Positions 24,545-35,679 of a DNA stretch of 64,000 bases are shown here, one piece after another. This stretch comes from a virus. Its lineage: Duplodnaviria > Caudoviricetes. The stretch is from positions 32,001 through 96,000 of IMG/VR virus record IMGVR_UViG_3300031867_000005. One strand, 5' to 3'. The position numbers and the translations under genes were made by a program. Below the pieces are notes generated by a model. That model was not told the DNA's origin. It saw nothing but the letters and a program-made list of their open reading frames with translations, and ran no database searches. The first letter of the stretch is position 1; each line of letters opens with the position of its first letter.

Positions 24545-25276
24545 TTAATTTAAGATTTCTACAATTTCATCAATAACACCATATTTTAAAGCCTCTTCAG
24601 GATTCATAAACCAGTCATTCTTTTTTACATTTTCATACTGCTCTGGTGTAATGTCAGTATTATCAATAACAATATCCTTTAGTCTTTCTAATTGAGCTTT
24701 ATAATGATCAACTCTTTGAATAAATTTATGGGCATCGCCGCCATCCATTGCAGACCCCTCATGGAACATATAAGAACTATAGGGGAAACCATAACGTTTG
24801 TGTCCGTTAATAGCAATGAAGAATCCTCCACTATAAGCATTTCCAATTACATATGTGTGAACAGGAGTTTTAGATAATCTTATTGAACTAATAATACTAA
24901 AAGTTGCATCCAAATCTCCACCAGGGGTGTTGATATAGATATTAATAGGTTTTCTTTTTTCTGCTGGTATTTCATCTAAATCGTCTACTTTATTCCAAAA
25001 TTTTAAAAGTTCAAAAACACTATTTGCATGAGACATTTCAATTTCTTCAGTAAGAAAAACTGCCCTATCCATAAAGTCAAAAGATTGAAGAACTTCTTCT
25101 GGGTTAATTTGATTTTCTGGATCAATAAAACTTTCAAAGGCACTTTGCTCCTCATTATTTTCTTCCATCTCTTCGATAAAAGAATCATATATTTCTTCGA
25201 CATCTTTTAAAAATTCTTCTTTACTTTTAATTTCTCCACTCTCGTTAGTGAATGAGATTTCTTTTTCTTTAGTCAT
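24545..25276 (-). CDS. ClpP-family serine protease
   Basis: IYINTPGG, AYSGG (Ser), MFHEG (His), NDWFMNPEEALKYGVIDEI. Start reassigned to MTKEKE after GAGGAGG. Confidence 0.85.
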   Translation of the reverse strand: MTKEKEISFTNESGEIKSKEEFLKDVEEIYDSFIEEMEENNEEQSAFESFIDPENQINPEEVLQSFDFMDRAVFLTEEIEMSHANSVFELLKFWNKVDDLDEIPAEKRKPINIYINTPGGDLDATFSIISSIRLSKTPVHTYVIGNAYSGGFFIAINGHKRYGFPYSSYMFHEGSAMDGGDAHKFIQRVDHYKAQLERLKDIVIDNTDITPEQYENVKKNDWFMNPEEALKYGVIDEIVEILN

Positions 25277-25445
25277 TCTTAAGTTCCTCCTCAAGTTCTT
25301 TTTTCTCTTTTTGCAAATCGTATATTTCTTTTACTAATTCCATTATCTTTGGGTCATAGACAAAGGTTTCAATTTCAATTTTATTCAATTCTTTTTCTTT
25401 CTAATCTAAACAAAAACATACTTCTTCATATCTTTTTTTATCCAT
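25269..25445 (-). CDS. Small coiled-coil hypothetical protein (58 aa)
   Basis: GAGGTG RBS, one TAG; downstream of a consensus promoter. Confidence 0.55.
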
Positions 25446-25469
25446 TTTATCACCTCTTTACATATATAT

Positions 25470-25498
25470 ATTATATCATAAATTTTTATAAAAGTCAA
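25470..25498 (-). promoter_or_regulatory. SigA-type promoter
   Basis: TTGACT-N17-TATAAT with TG extension. Confidence 0.75.
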
Positions 25499-26411
25499 GA
25501 TGAGAATTATTGATTTTTTTAGGGTCTTGTTTTAAAAGTAATCTAATTTTAGAAGATATATTTTCAGGAATCGCCCCATTATATTTTTCAAAAGATTCAT
25601 TCGTATTAGTTCTTATCCACTTAAAAATTAATGAAATAATTTCATCATATTCATCATAAATATGTGAATAGAGAACTTTCCCTTTAGCTTTATAAAAAAG
25701 TCCCATTTTAATAATTCTTTGCTTATAATTTTCAAGTGTCTCATCTTCTCTTTTTTTAAGATTATAAATAACTTTGTTATTTTGAATATTATCAAAGAAG
25801 AAATCTTCATTAAATCTAAAGTCTATTAAATAATGATTATTGATTATATTCATAAATCTTTCAAACTTATAAAAGGTTTCGGAATCTTTTATAATTAAAG
25901 GGTAAGCAAAGAAATAAGTATGATTTTTAAATTCTAGTAAACAATCATACGCATTTTCTTGGTAGAAGAAATTATGATCAATAAATACCATATTTCTTGC
26001 TTCCTTTTTATAATCTAAAAAATCATTTGATTCAAGCCTAATTAATGAACTTTTTTTAAGCTAATCGTAACTTCTTACAATTTTTTTTAATTTATAAGAA
26101 TAAAGGTCATAGGGTTCATAGTTAAGTCTTGTTTTTTGAATTTCTTCTGATAACATTGTATATTTGTTATAGAATCCATAGCCATAGGTTTTCTTTTTAT
26201 TATCATTTAAAATTAATCGTCTGGGAATTTGAGTATTGGGATTATCTTTAAAATAAACAATCTTATTAAAACGCCCTTCATTATCATCAGGTCGCATCAT
26301 TATTACTATATGTCCTTTCTGTTTATAGTAATTATAAACTTTCATTAGTTCGAGATTAATAACAGACTTATGACCGTGCCATAAATCTATATCATATAAT
26401 CCTAGTGTCAT
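25476..26411 (-). CDS. Hypothetical protein (311 aa); N-terminus resembles phage radical-SAM-associated proteins
   Basis: ORFs 26061-26411 and 25476-25991 join through one TAG. LGLYDID...NLELMKVYNYYKQKGHIV; no CxxxCxxC motif seen. Confidence 0.6.
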
Positions 26412-29400
26412 TCTTCCACCTCAATTCTCTCTGTCGCTGATTTAGTAATCCATCCTTTATCATCAATTTCAATAACTTTTTCGAACAGCGGCCACTCTGT
26501 ATTTTTATACTTTTTAGGAATGAAACTATCTCCTCTTTTTATTCCTGTTATAATTAATTTTGTTCCTCTTTGAAACCAACTCTTTTCTAAAATATGTTTA
26601 ACTCCATCAGACCCTCTTTCAGAAATTTGCTTATCCCAAGCTGCAAATTGATTCTTCCAGACCTTTACTGTTATAGCTCCAGTAGGTGTTAATAGAGTTA
26701 CAGAACTGTGATTTTTGTCCTTATCAATTACTGTCCCCGCAATTCTTACAACTTTAAAAATTTTAATTTCAGTTCCGTCTTTCGTTATAAAAGTTCTTTC
26801 AATTTCCGGTTCTTCCTTTAATTTCGTAATATCTACTATTCCATAAATATCATTATGAAGTTTTTTTAATTCATGGTCATGGTAATAGAAACCTAAGCTA
26901 TCCATTTCCCACTTTGAAAGATTTCCTTCTGCATATTTTTCGTAAGTTTCATTAAATAATTTATTGTTTAGGGCTACCAATATTTTTTGCTGATTTGCTT
27001 TCATCCAATCTCTAACTGGGGTCATTCCTTTCTTGTAAATATTATCCCATGTTAATTGCTTAATCTTTGCTGTTTGTTCTTCTCCGTTTATTTCAATATC
27101 TTCCAACTTGGTGTCGTCAAAATTATCTAAATAAAATTTCATAGCAATTGAATCTAAAAGATAGTAGTTTCCTTTCTTGAAATTCTTAAGATATTTGTTG
27201 AAGTTAAATAATCTACATTCAAATCGAAGTTCTATTGGGATTAGGTCTTTGGATATTAACATTTGCATATTTTGAAGTGTGATTCTTTTCTTTTGGTCTG
27301 ATACTTGAAGGAGATATTCATTCATTGCTTTAAGTCTATCGTCGTTATAAAGGCTGTCGAAAGCTCCGCTTTTTATTAAGGAGACCATTTGAGTTTTATT
27401 TACTTTAACTTTTGCTAAAAAATCTTCTATTGAGATATAAGGTCTATTATTAATTATATCCTTTACAAGTTGATTTCCTACTCTTGTAATACCACGAATA
27501 CCATAAAGAATTGTATCATTCTTTATATCCGGAACAAAAGTAATAGATGATTTATTTATATCTGGAAGAGAAAACTTTATTCCATTTACTTTTGCTCGGC
27601 CTATTGCGGCTGCAAGTGCTCCGTAATCTGTAGAAGAGTTTTCAAGCTTCTCTTCATCATCTTCTTCTTCATTATCTTTATTTATTTTATCATTTAAGTT
27701 CATTGCTCCTGAATCAACAATTAGATTAGCTGTATTCCAAAATATAATTGGAAATTTATAAGCCAAATTCATTTCCTGTAAACCAATTATTGAATACGAA
27801 AGAGTGTGTGCTAAATTAAAACCATAACCACGTGATGTGCACACTAATACCTGCCAAACATAGCGACAAAAATTCTTACTTAAATGTTTTTCTTCCATTA
27901 CTTTATAATATTCTTCTTGTAATTTTTCAAAAGCTTCTGGATTCTTTTTTGCGACCGCTTTTCTGAGTTGATCACTCCATGCCAATGAAAAACCACCAGC
28001 CTCGGGCATTTGAACTAATTGCATAAATTTTTCTTGTGCTTCACAGATTCCACTAGTTTCTAATAGGATAGGTTCTAACAGTTTCTGTTCTTCTTTGTCT
28101 AACCCATAATTTTCCATTTCATTGTACCATTCTGATATATTCTTTTTAAATCTAGCAAATTTATCAATCGGCTGTTCAGCACCTTTTTCTTGAACCATTA
28201 AACGAATAACTGAATTTAATGTTGCTAATTCTTCAAGTGTTGTAGGCTTTACTGCTTCAATACCCTTTATACCACTTGATTCTTCCATCTGGAATAGGCT
28301 TTCAATTTTGTGTTCGTGTATCATTTTCCACATTTCAGGTGATGTTCTGTCTATATTATAAACCCCAATAGTTCTTTCGTAGCGTTCTCTTAGTGAGAGA
28401 GTTGAATCTATATAACCGTAATCAGTTAATAAGTCTAAACAAGCTCTCATTCTATCTAACGCTTCGATTGATAACAGATCTATTTTAATAAGACTAACTT
28501 CTTCACAAGTGTGTAAATCATACTGGGTTACAACATCTCCATTTGTTGTCTGCATTAACGCTGTTGAATTGATTATTGGTTCATCATAAAAGATTACTCC
28601 CCCAGCGTGGCTGCCTACACCGCAGCAAAGTCCTTCAATTCTTTGTGCGACTTTCCAAACTTCTGGATAATGATTCATCATTAAGTCTTGAAACTTTAAG
28701 TCTGGCTGTATGTCATTTTCTAAATCTCCATAAAAAGTTTGAGCTAATGTTCTAGCTTGTCCTCTATCACTTTTTATAAAGCTAGCTAAATATGAGGCTT
28801 CGTCAGGATCAATCTTTAATCCACGACAGGCAGTTAATAAAGCTGACTTACTTTTTTCTGTACGTATTGTCAACACTTTTGATACTCTATCACTTCTATA
28901 AGTGTCTTGTAATGCCTTATAGACTTGTGGTCTTTTTCCTCCTTCTATATCAGTATCTATATCCAATACAGAAGCTCTCTCAGGATTCAAAAAGCGCCAA
29001 CTCCTAAGTGGAGCTTTCTCTCTTAAGGGGTTAATTTGAGTTATGTCCAACATATTTAATAATAAGAAGCCACCACCTGAGTTGTGGACCGCTGAACCAT
29101 TTATTACATAAGAATGAATATTTTCAACTGATAAATCATAAACTTTTCCATTATATCTTTCTATATCTATAGATTCAATAATTGTATAAAAGCAATTTTC
29201 ATCTTCTAAATAATCTTGCCTAGAAAATTTTTTATCTTTCCTTATTTTTACAAGAGGAAAATCTTTTATAAGTTTAGTTAATTGTTTTCCGGAGGCTGTC
29301 CATTTATAACTAATATGCCATCCTTCTTGAACATTTGTTCTAGCTTTAAAGTTCCCATATATACCAATTGAGGCCCATAATAACTGAACTTGTTTAATTA

Positions 29401-31570
29401 AATTTAAATTTACAGAATCATAACAAATTCGTTCACTTTTTCCAGAATCACAATCATAGTGCCCGTCGGAGGCCATCAATCCCAATAATAATGCTTTTGT
29501 AATTTTTTCATCAGAAGTTATTAACCAATTACTCACATGCTTTTCATAGGTGTTTAAACCAAAGTTCTCTCTAAAAAAACACCACCATAATCTTGAATAA
29601 ACTATAAGTTGAATAAGTTTTTTATCAGAACTTTTTCTTTCGTGCGTTTCAAGTCCATACTTAGAAAATATTCCCTTACATTTTTCTAATGAATCTAAAT
29701 CTTTCTTATTTTCAGAATGAAAAGCTAAACCAATTTCAGATCGAGATTCCGTTTTTGTCCAGCCATCTCCAATAAAAACACCGCATAAATAGGCTAAATC
29801 TTCATCAAGTTTTATATATCTAGAAAAAGATTTTCCTTCTATTTTTGTGTTGTTACCTACATAATATCCGACTCTATTGTCTTTAATAAAATAATAATTT
29901 CCATGTAAGTATTTTGCCATATCAATCTGCTTAATAGCTTGTGGTAATTTCGGTTTGGGATAGGCAAGCATATCTCCCACTTTAAGTTCTTCTGCTGGAA
30001 CAAAAAGTGTTTCATGGCTTTTTTCAAAAGCACATTTATTATGTCTGCGACAAGTCTCCTTACACCAACTATTCTTATAAGCTGGATTTTCACAATGGCC
30101 GCATCTTTTTATCCAGAATTTATGGTTTCTTGTGCAATGTATTGGCTCCTTTCCCTTTCCTTTAATTATATAACAATCTTCATCAACATCATAAGATAAA
30201 ACTTTTAATACTTTGTTAATTTGTCCATTATGATTAAAAACAGTCTCTCCCTCTTCTATTTCACTAATTTTTTTCTCTTGCCCGTTAGATAAAAGGACTT
30301 TTTCGTCAGGATAAAAACACCCACGTGAGCAACCTACTAATGAATCTCCTTTTTCCCAAATGATTTTAATGTAGTCTCTCATATTTAAAAGATAAGCACT
30401 CCATCTAGTGTTTTGTTTATCACTGGATATACGAATAGCCTTTAAATTATCATCCATCATTTCAAAAGTTTTTTCATTATTATATTGTTCTGGATCTGAA
30501 ATAATCTTTCTTATTAAGGCGGCGGCCATATCTCTATCTGATTTATGTTTAGATTTATAAAAATATTCTAATTCTTTAATCTTATCCTTAAAAAGGAGAA
30601 AATCTTTATCTGTTATTTTATCTACTGTCAATGGTAAATAAGGTATATGAAGTGGCTTAGTTAAATCATAATCTTCACACATATCATAAATTATTTTTGT
30701 GTTATTCATCCATAAAGATACAGTTTCTTCTCCAATTGTCTCATTCATGTAAGAATGAATTTCTTCTCTACTCATCATATAAGTTGATGCATAGAACTCT
30801 TGAGTTTCCCTTTCTCCTTCTTGTGCCGTTAAAAAAGCATGATGTATTGCTTGGTCTTCCTTTTTTAAATAATGAGCATCCAAACTTATGACCACTGGTA
30901 TCTCTAGCTCCTTAGATAGTTTTTTATAAGTTTGGTTTACAATAATTTGTTCTTTATTAAAAGACGGTTGAACCTCTAAAAAATAATTCTCCTTTCCGCA
31001 AATTTGTGAGATGTGTAGAAGCCATTGCTTTATATACTCATACTTTTCATCTGTCTTGTCTTTATGCCATTCCAGTACAAGTTGAGCAATCCTTGATCCA
31101 AGGCAGGCTTGCGAGAAAATGACATGACCTGGATTCTTTCCTACTACTTCTTGCAAGTCAGAATAGTAAGTAGGAACTCTTATCATCTTTCCTTGACGAA
31201 AAGCGTGACTCCAAGCTCTTGTTGACAATTCTCTAATTTGCCTGTGTCCCTCAAGATCTTTTGCCAATAGAATGAAGTGATAGAACTTGTCTTCTCCTCT
31301 TTTATAATTTTCTTTATTTAACCCATTTCGACATAAGTAAATCTCGTTTCCTCGAATTATCTTAAAGTTTGGATATTCTTTTCTAATTTCTTTTTCTACT
31401 TTTTGACAATCTATCGCCGTAGCAATAGTTTCATGGTCTGTGATTGCTATAAAATTATGTTGCAATTCTTTTGCGGCATACCAACATAGTTCATCAAGTC
31501 GATTCGTCGAATCCCTAAGTCTAAAGTTTGACCTATCCGTATGATTATGTATTGACCCATAAAATTCCAT
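26408..31570 (-). CDS. dnaE: DNA polymerase III alpha subunit, intein-containing
   Basis: PHP motifs HNHT and AITDHE; VLDIDTD; HAGGV; KIDLL; GYGFNLAH; C-terminal OB region. Confidence 0.95.
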   Translation of the reverse strand: MEFYGSIHNHTDRSNFRLRDSTNRLDELCWYAAKELQHNFIAITDHETIATAIDCQKVEKEIRKEYPNFKIIRGNEIYLCRNGLNKENYKRGEDKFYHFILLAKDLEGHRQIRELSTRAWSHAFRQGKMIRVPTYYSDLQEVVGKNPGHVIFSQACLGSRIAQLVLEWHKDKTDEKYEYIKQWLLHISQICGKENYFLEVQPSFNKEQIIVNQTYKKLSKELEIPVVISLDAHYLKKEDQAIHHAFLTAQEGERETQEFYASTYMMSREEIHSYMNETIGEETVSLWMNNTKIIYDMCEDYDLTKPLHIPYLPLTVDKITDKDFLLFKDKIKELEYFYKSKHKSDRDMAAALIRKIISDPEQYNNEKTFEMMDDNLKAIRISSDKQNTRWSAYLLNMRDYIKIIWEKGDSLVGCSRGCFYPDEKVLLSNGQEKKISEIEEGETVFNHNGQINKVLKVLSYDVDEDCYIIKGKGKEPIHCTRNHKFWIKRCGHCENPAYKNSWCKETCRRHNKCAFEKSHETLFVPAEELKVGDMLAYPKPKLPQAIKQIDMAKYLHGNYYFIKDNRVGYYVGNNTKIEGKSFSRYIKLDEDLAYLCGVFIGDGWTKTESRSEIGLAFHSENKKDLDSLEKCKGIFSKYGLETHERKSSDKKLIQLIVYSRLWWCFFRENFGLNTYEKHVSNWLITSDEKITKALLLGLMASDGHYDCDSGKSERICYDSVNLNLIKQVQLLWASIGIYGNFKARTNVQEGWHISYKWTASGKQLTKLIKDFPLVKIRKDKKFSRQDYLEDENCFYTIIESIDIERYNGKVYDLSVENIHSYVINGSAVHNSGGGFLLLNMLDITQINPLREKAPLRSWRFLNPERASVLDIDTDIEGGKRPQVYKALQDTYRSDRVSKVLTIRTEKSKSALLTACRGLKIDPDEASYLASFIKSDRGQARTLAQTFYGDLENDIQPDLKFQDLMMNHYPEVWKVAQRIEGLCCGVGSHAGGVIFYDEPIINSTALMQTTNGDVVTQYDLHTCEEVSLIKIDLLSIEALDRMRACLDLLTDYGYIDSTLSLRERYERTIGVYNIDRTSPEMWKMIHEHKIESLFQMEESSGIKGIEAVKPTTLEELATLNSVIRLMVQEKGAEQPIDKFARFKKNISEWYNEMENYGLDKEEQKLLEPILLETSGICEAQEKFMQLVQMPEAGGFSLAWSDQLRKAVAKKNPEAFEKLQEEYYKVMEEKHLSKNFCRYVWQVLVCTSRGYGFNLAHTLSYSIIGLQEMNLAYKFPIIFWNTANLIVDSGAMNLNDKINKDNEEEDDEEKLENSSTDYGALAAAIGRAKVNGIKFSLPDINKSSITFVPDIKNDTILYGIRGITRVGNQLVKDIINNRPYISIEDFLAKVKVNKTQMVSLIKSGAFDSLYNDDRLKAMNEYLLQVSDQKKRITLQNMQMLISKDLIPIELRFECRLFNFNKYLKNFKKGNYYLLDSIAMKFYLDNFDDTKLEDIEINGEEQTAKIKQLTWDNIYKKGMTPVRDWMKANQQKILVALNNKLFNETYEKYAEGNLSKWEMDSLGFYYHDHELKKLHNDIYGIVDITKLKEEPEIERTFITKDGTEIKIFKVVRIAGTVIDKDKNHSSVTLLTPTGAITVKVWKNQFAAWDKQISERGSDGVKHILEKSWFQRGTKLIITGIKRGDSFIPKKYKNTEWPLFEKVIEIDDKGWITKSATERIEVEE
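29081..30319 (-). mobile_element. Intein (413 aa) with LAGLIDADG endonuclease in DnaE
   Basis: GCSRG|CFYPDEKV...VYDLSVENIHSYVINGSAVHN|SGGG; endonuclease motifs LCGVFIGDG and LLGLMASDG. Confidence 0.93.
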
Positions 31571-31638
31571 TTCTTTTCCTCCTTTAAAGTTAGATAAGAT
31601 ATTTATAAAATTCTTATCTTTCTTTATTTTCTATAAAT

Positions 31639-31667
31639 ATTATACCATATTTTATAAGAAAAGTCAA
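31639..31667 (-). promoter_or_regulatory. SigA-type promoter of dnaE
   Basis: TTGACT-N17-TATAAT with TG extension. Confidence 0.75.
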
Positions 31668-31698
31668 CATTTTATTTAAAATGTTGACTTAATTCTCA

Positions 31699-31887
31699 TT
31701 AACCATATTTCTTGACAATCTTTACCAAATAGAAATCATCATCTTTCTTTACCTTATGAGTTGCTTGATAGGAAATAATCTCATATCCTTCTTCGTAACC
31801 TTTTTTCTTAGATTCCTCAACCAGAATCTTTGCGTCTTGTTCAGTTTCTACTCTAATTTCATCTGTTCTTTTCAAAAGTTCTCCCAT
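31699..31887 (-). CDS. Small hypothetical protein (62 aa)
   Basis: Strong GGAGGAG RBS; intact ORF. Confidence 0.65.
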   Translation of the reverse strand: MGELLKRTDEIRVETEQDAKILVEESKKKGYEEGYEIISYQATHKVKKDDDFYLVKIVKKYG

Positions 31888-31904
31888 TTATATCTCCTCC
31901 TCTT

Positions 31905-32864
31905 TTATTCAAATGGAATTTCCATTATTTCAAGAATCTTTTTTATCCCTAATCCACCTTCGTCCATTGGCTTCATACAATATTCATATATTTTTGGATC
32001 TGTCTATTTTAAAAGCTAAAATCTATTAGGTTCTTTTTCCTTATGAGCTCCAAACATACAATAACAACATCCTGTCCTACTTACTCCACTACATTTTAAA
32101 ATTCCTTTTTCTTCAATAATTTCACCATACACGGGGGGGATCTATAAATTTGTTTCTTTTATGTATCTTAAAATATCTTGTTCTGTCCAAAAAGCGATAG
32201 GTAAACTTCGAGGTCTTTCTCCATCGTGTACATTAAAACAATCTTGTTTTAAAACTTCTGTTTCTCTTAATTTACTTTCCTCTGCAAGCATTCCTAAAAA
32301 GGGATGCTTTTTGTTTTCCTTTTCATATTTTTTAACTGGATTCTTTTTCATAATTGTGCAACATTCAGCAGAAATTGGAATATCAGTTTCTAATAACTTC
32401 ATACTTAACTTTGATAATTTATTAAAATAATAAACCTCTCCATTCTTTCTCTTCCTCTTTCCTAAGGCATAACGTTCATATTTTTCTTGATCTCCTAATT
32501 TAAGTGCTCGTCTAGCATACTGAATGTTTCTTGCTGATTCTTTACTAATAACAGGATAACCATATTTTTGAATTACTTCTTTAAAACTCATTTTAGGTCT
32601 TACTATTTCTACATTATCCCAGGTTCTTATAAACTTTTTTACCTCAGGATATTCTAATCCTGTGTCTATATATACAGCTGAAATATTAGGATTGACTTCT
32701 CTGACCAATTGCAATAACACAGTAGAATCTTTTCCGCCTGAAAAAGACACATATACATGTTCTTCTCCTAAAGAATCTATAAACTATTTTATTTTTTCTT
32801 TTGATAAAGAAATTTTCTTATCTAGAGATAATTCCTTATTCTATTTTAAATATTCCTTATCCAT
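31905..32864 (-). CDS. PAPS reductase family (PP-loop, Fe-S) protein, 319 aa
   Basis: VSFSGGKDSTVL, DTGLEYPE, ECCTIMKKNP, RTGCCYCMFG; extended at both ends through TAG. Confidence 0.85.
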
Positions 32865-32872
32865 TTTTCATC

Positions 32873-34627
32873 TCAAAATCCATATTCTGAAACCTCCTCT
32901 ATTTCAATTTCATCCACTAAAATTTGTGGCTTTCTTCGTCCGCCCCATTCATTAATATTACCTCTGCCTGCAACAGTGATAGATAACTTTCCACTCTTAT
33001 TCTTTAATTCTTCAATTAAGTCAGTTGCTTTAAACTTTATATAAGTAACATCATTAAACTCGAATCTAATTGTATCATTATTCTTTCCAATTACTGAATA
33101 ACCTTGATTTGGAATTGTAATTCCTTCAACAATAATAATTGGCTCTTCACAACCCTGTCCCCAGAATTTTTTTCCATTATCTAAGTCTTCAATTAGATCT
33201 TTAATATAAGAACAATTTCCCTTTATAATAAAGTCTGCCTCATAAAAACCCTCATTAAAGTTTATATCCTTTAATTTTTCGTTTGCATATTGAGTAAGTT
33301 TTTCGATATCTTGATTCAGGATTCCCTGACCGAAAGCGTTAGCATGACCCTGACAAAATTCCATCAGGTTACTATCAAGTAAGAACTGTCTAAAGTCCTT
33401 TAATTCCGTTTCTCCTCTCCCTCTTGCTGAACCTCTAAAATACCCATCAGGACACGTCCTTCCTAACATTACCGGTTTTTTATATTTAGCTGAAATTCTC
33501 ATTGCACACAAGCCCGTCAATGTAGATGGAATATCCATATCGTCCGTATTTAAAATAATAATCTTATTATCATTCAAACTATTATTCAAAATCTGTATAT
33601 CTAGCAGTTCAATTGCCTTATCCGTTTCTCTATTTTGTCTTGCTTTTGCATTAACACAATTTCTAACTGATTGTGTGCAAATTGTTTCTGTCAAACCTTT
33701 TTCTCCCCTTTTTGTAGAGGGAACTTCAAGTTCAGGGGTTATAAATGCTTGGAAAAGTCTTTCTTTTTCGATATTAGAACCGACTCTTATCAGTGCATTA
33801 ACTAATGGAGTTAAATAAAATGCAACTCCAATCTATGTTAGCGGCCCATCACCTAATGAGTAAGACTGCTTTTCGATTAATTCTTTTAGGAACTGATTCT
33901 TGATATGAGATAATCCATAGTCACAAATTAAGCGGTTCTCAATCGTATTCATTTTCATCATATCAGAAATTTCGCTAAAGGCCGCCAAATCTAAATAATC
34001 ATTAGCATAGTTTATTCCAAACAATTCATCTAAGTAACAAATGAATTTGTATACAACGCCTACGCCACTTAATTCTTTATTCTCATATTGTTCAGATAAT
34101 TGATTATTTATTACAATTGCATCTTCGCTATAGGAATCCGCAGAGTGATGGTCGAGGATCAGGACATCCATTCCCATTTCTTTTAATTGTTTATGTTCCT
34201 CATAATCATTACTAGAACTATCAGGCAATACAACTAAATCCCATTTTTTCTCGCCCTCAAAAACATCCATTATAGTTCTTAGTCCATGTTCTTTTCCAGT
34301 GGGAATGTGATATTCAATTGTGAAATCATATCTGTCACTTAAATGTTCTGTTAAATAATTATAAAACATTGCGGCCGAACCATAGCCGTCACAATCAGAA
34401 TCCACGATCAAATAAATTCTACAACCTTTTTCCAAATGGCTAATTAATAATTCTGCTCCCTCTTTCATGTGGTCTAAATTAAGAGGGGATAACAAATTCT
34501 TTTCAAATGATGGATAGAAGAAATCTCTTCTCTTGTCTTCCTCATTAGGCAAAACTCCTCTATCCTTTAAAAGTTCAATTAAAAAATCATCTTTAATATC
34601 ATGACTGGTTCTTCTAATATACTTCAT
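32873..34627 (-). CDS. recJ: RecJ-like DHH ssDNA exonuclease (584 aa)
   Basis: DSDCDG, LDHH, SGVGVVYK, FRGSARG, GHANAFG. Two ORF-track pieces join through TAG 33833. Confidence 0.88.
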
Positions 34628-35679
34628 TACAACCAGACCGCCTCCTTATATAATTTCAAAAAAGTTTCTTTTCCTTTATCTAGGGGTGAATCTTTTAATT
34701 CTAATAAATTCTTTTGGTCATAAATAAAACCTATTTGACATCTTAATTTATAACGCTCGCACATTTTCTTTAATTTATTATAATATTTTTCTTTACCTTT
34801 GTAATCTTCTCCTTCCTTATCGAATGCAATTAAAATTCTTTCTACTCCTAACTTAAGTAGTAATTCCGCTTGATAATTATGAAAATTACTGCCACAGGCC
34901 GCAACACATATATTATTACCATGCCCAAACATAGTATCATACAATAGAACAGATTTTTCTCCTTCTGCGACTACAGCCATTCTCTTTTTCCTAATGTTCT
35001 CTTTAATAAAGTTTAATCCATAAAGGTTATATCCCAAAGAATGAGCTAATATTTTCCCCTCAATTTGAATTGGCATATATTTTCCAAGCTCAATATCTTC
35101 TTCGTTCAATGCACGTCCCCTTATTCCTATTAAATATCCATTTTCATCATAATGAGGAATGATAATTTTATTTTGGTCAATTGAATATTTAATTCCAAAA
35201 TATCTCATTGATTCTTCACTGATGCCATCGTCAAGCCATTCTTTTGTTGGATAGAAAGAGAAGGTATTAAGAATTGATGGATTTAAATGATTAAAATTAA
35301 CATGAACTTCTTGAGCTGGGGTAAAGGCTGAACGATAAGCTTGACTGAACCCTTCTTTCTCAGTCTTATAAGAATCTCCAATGATTACTAATACTATATC
35401 TTTGTAGAAATGATATGGGATACCTAATAATTCATAACGCCTCTTAAAAAGCTCATAAATATTAAAATTGTCGCCGCAATCAGTATAGCAATGGAACTTT
35501 TTATTTCTCTTATAATAATAGAGTTTCATACTTGCTTCTTCAGGATTCTCATTATGGCAAATCGTTTTAAACTGAATATAATCATCATGTTCTATATAAC
35601 TATCACTACCTAAGTTTGTTACTAGCTCAATAACCCTTTCTGGAGTTAAACTTTGTTCTAATTCTTTTAAATCAATCAA
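34627..35679 (-). CDS. DNA primase
   Basis: Zinc-binding TICHN...FHCYTDC; TOPRIM VAEGEKS and IAFDKE. Confidence 0.88.
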   Translation of the reverse strand: MIDLKELEQSLTPERVIELVTNLGSDSYIEHDDYIQFKTICHNENPEEASMKLYYYKRNKKFHCYTDCGDNFNIYELFKRRYELLGIPYHFYKDIVLVIIGDSYKTEKEGFSQAYRSAFTPAQEVHVNFNHLNPSILNTFSFYPTKEWLDDGISEESMRYFGIKYSIDQNKIIIPHYDENGYLIGIRGRALNEEDIELGKYMPIQIEGKILAHSLGYNLYGLNFIKENIRKKRMAVVAEGEKSVLLYDTMFGHGNNICVAACGSNFHNYQAELLLKLGVERILIAFDKEGEDYKGKEKYYNKLKKMCERYKLRCQIGFIYDQKNLLELKDSPLDKGKETFLKLYKEAVWL

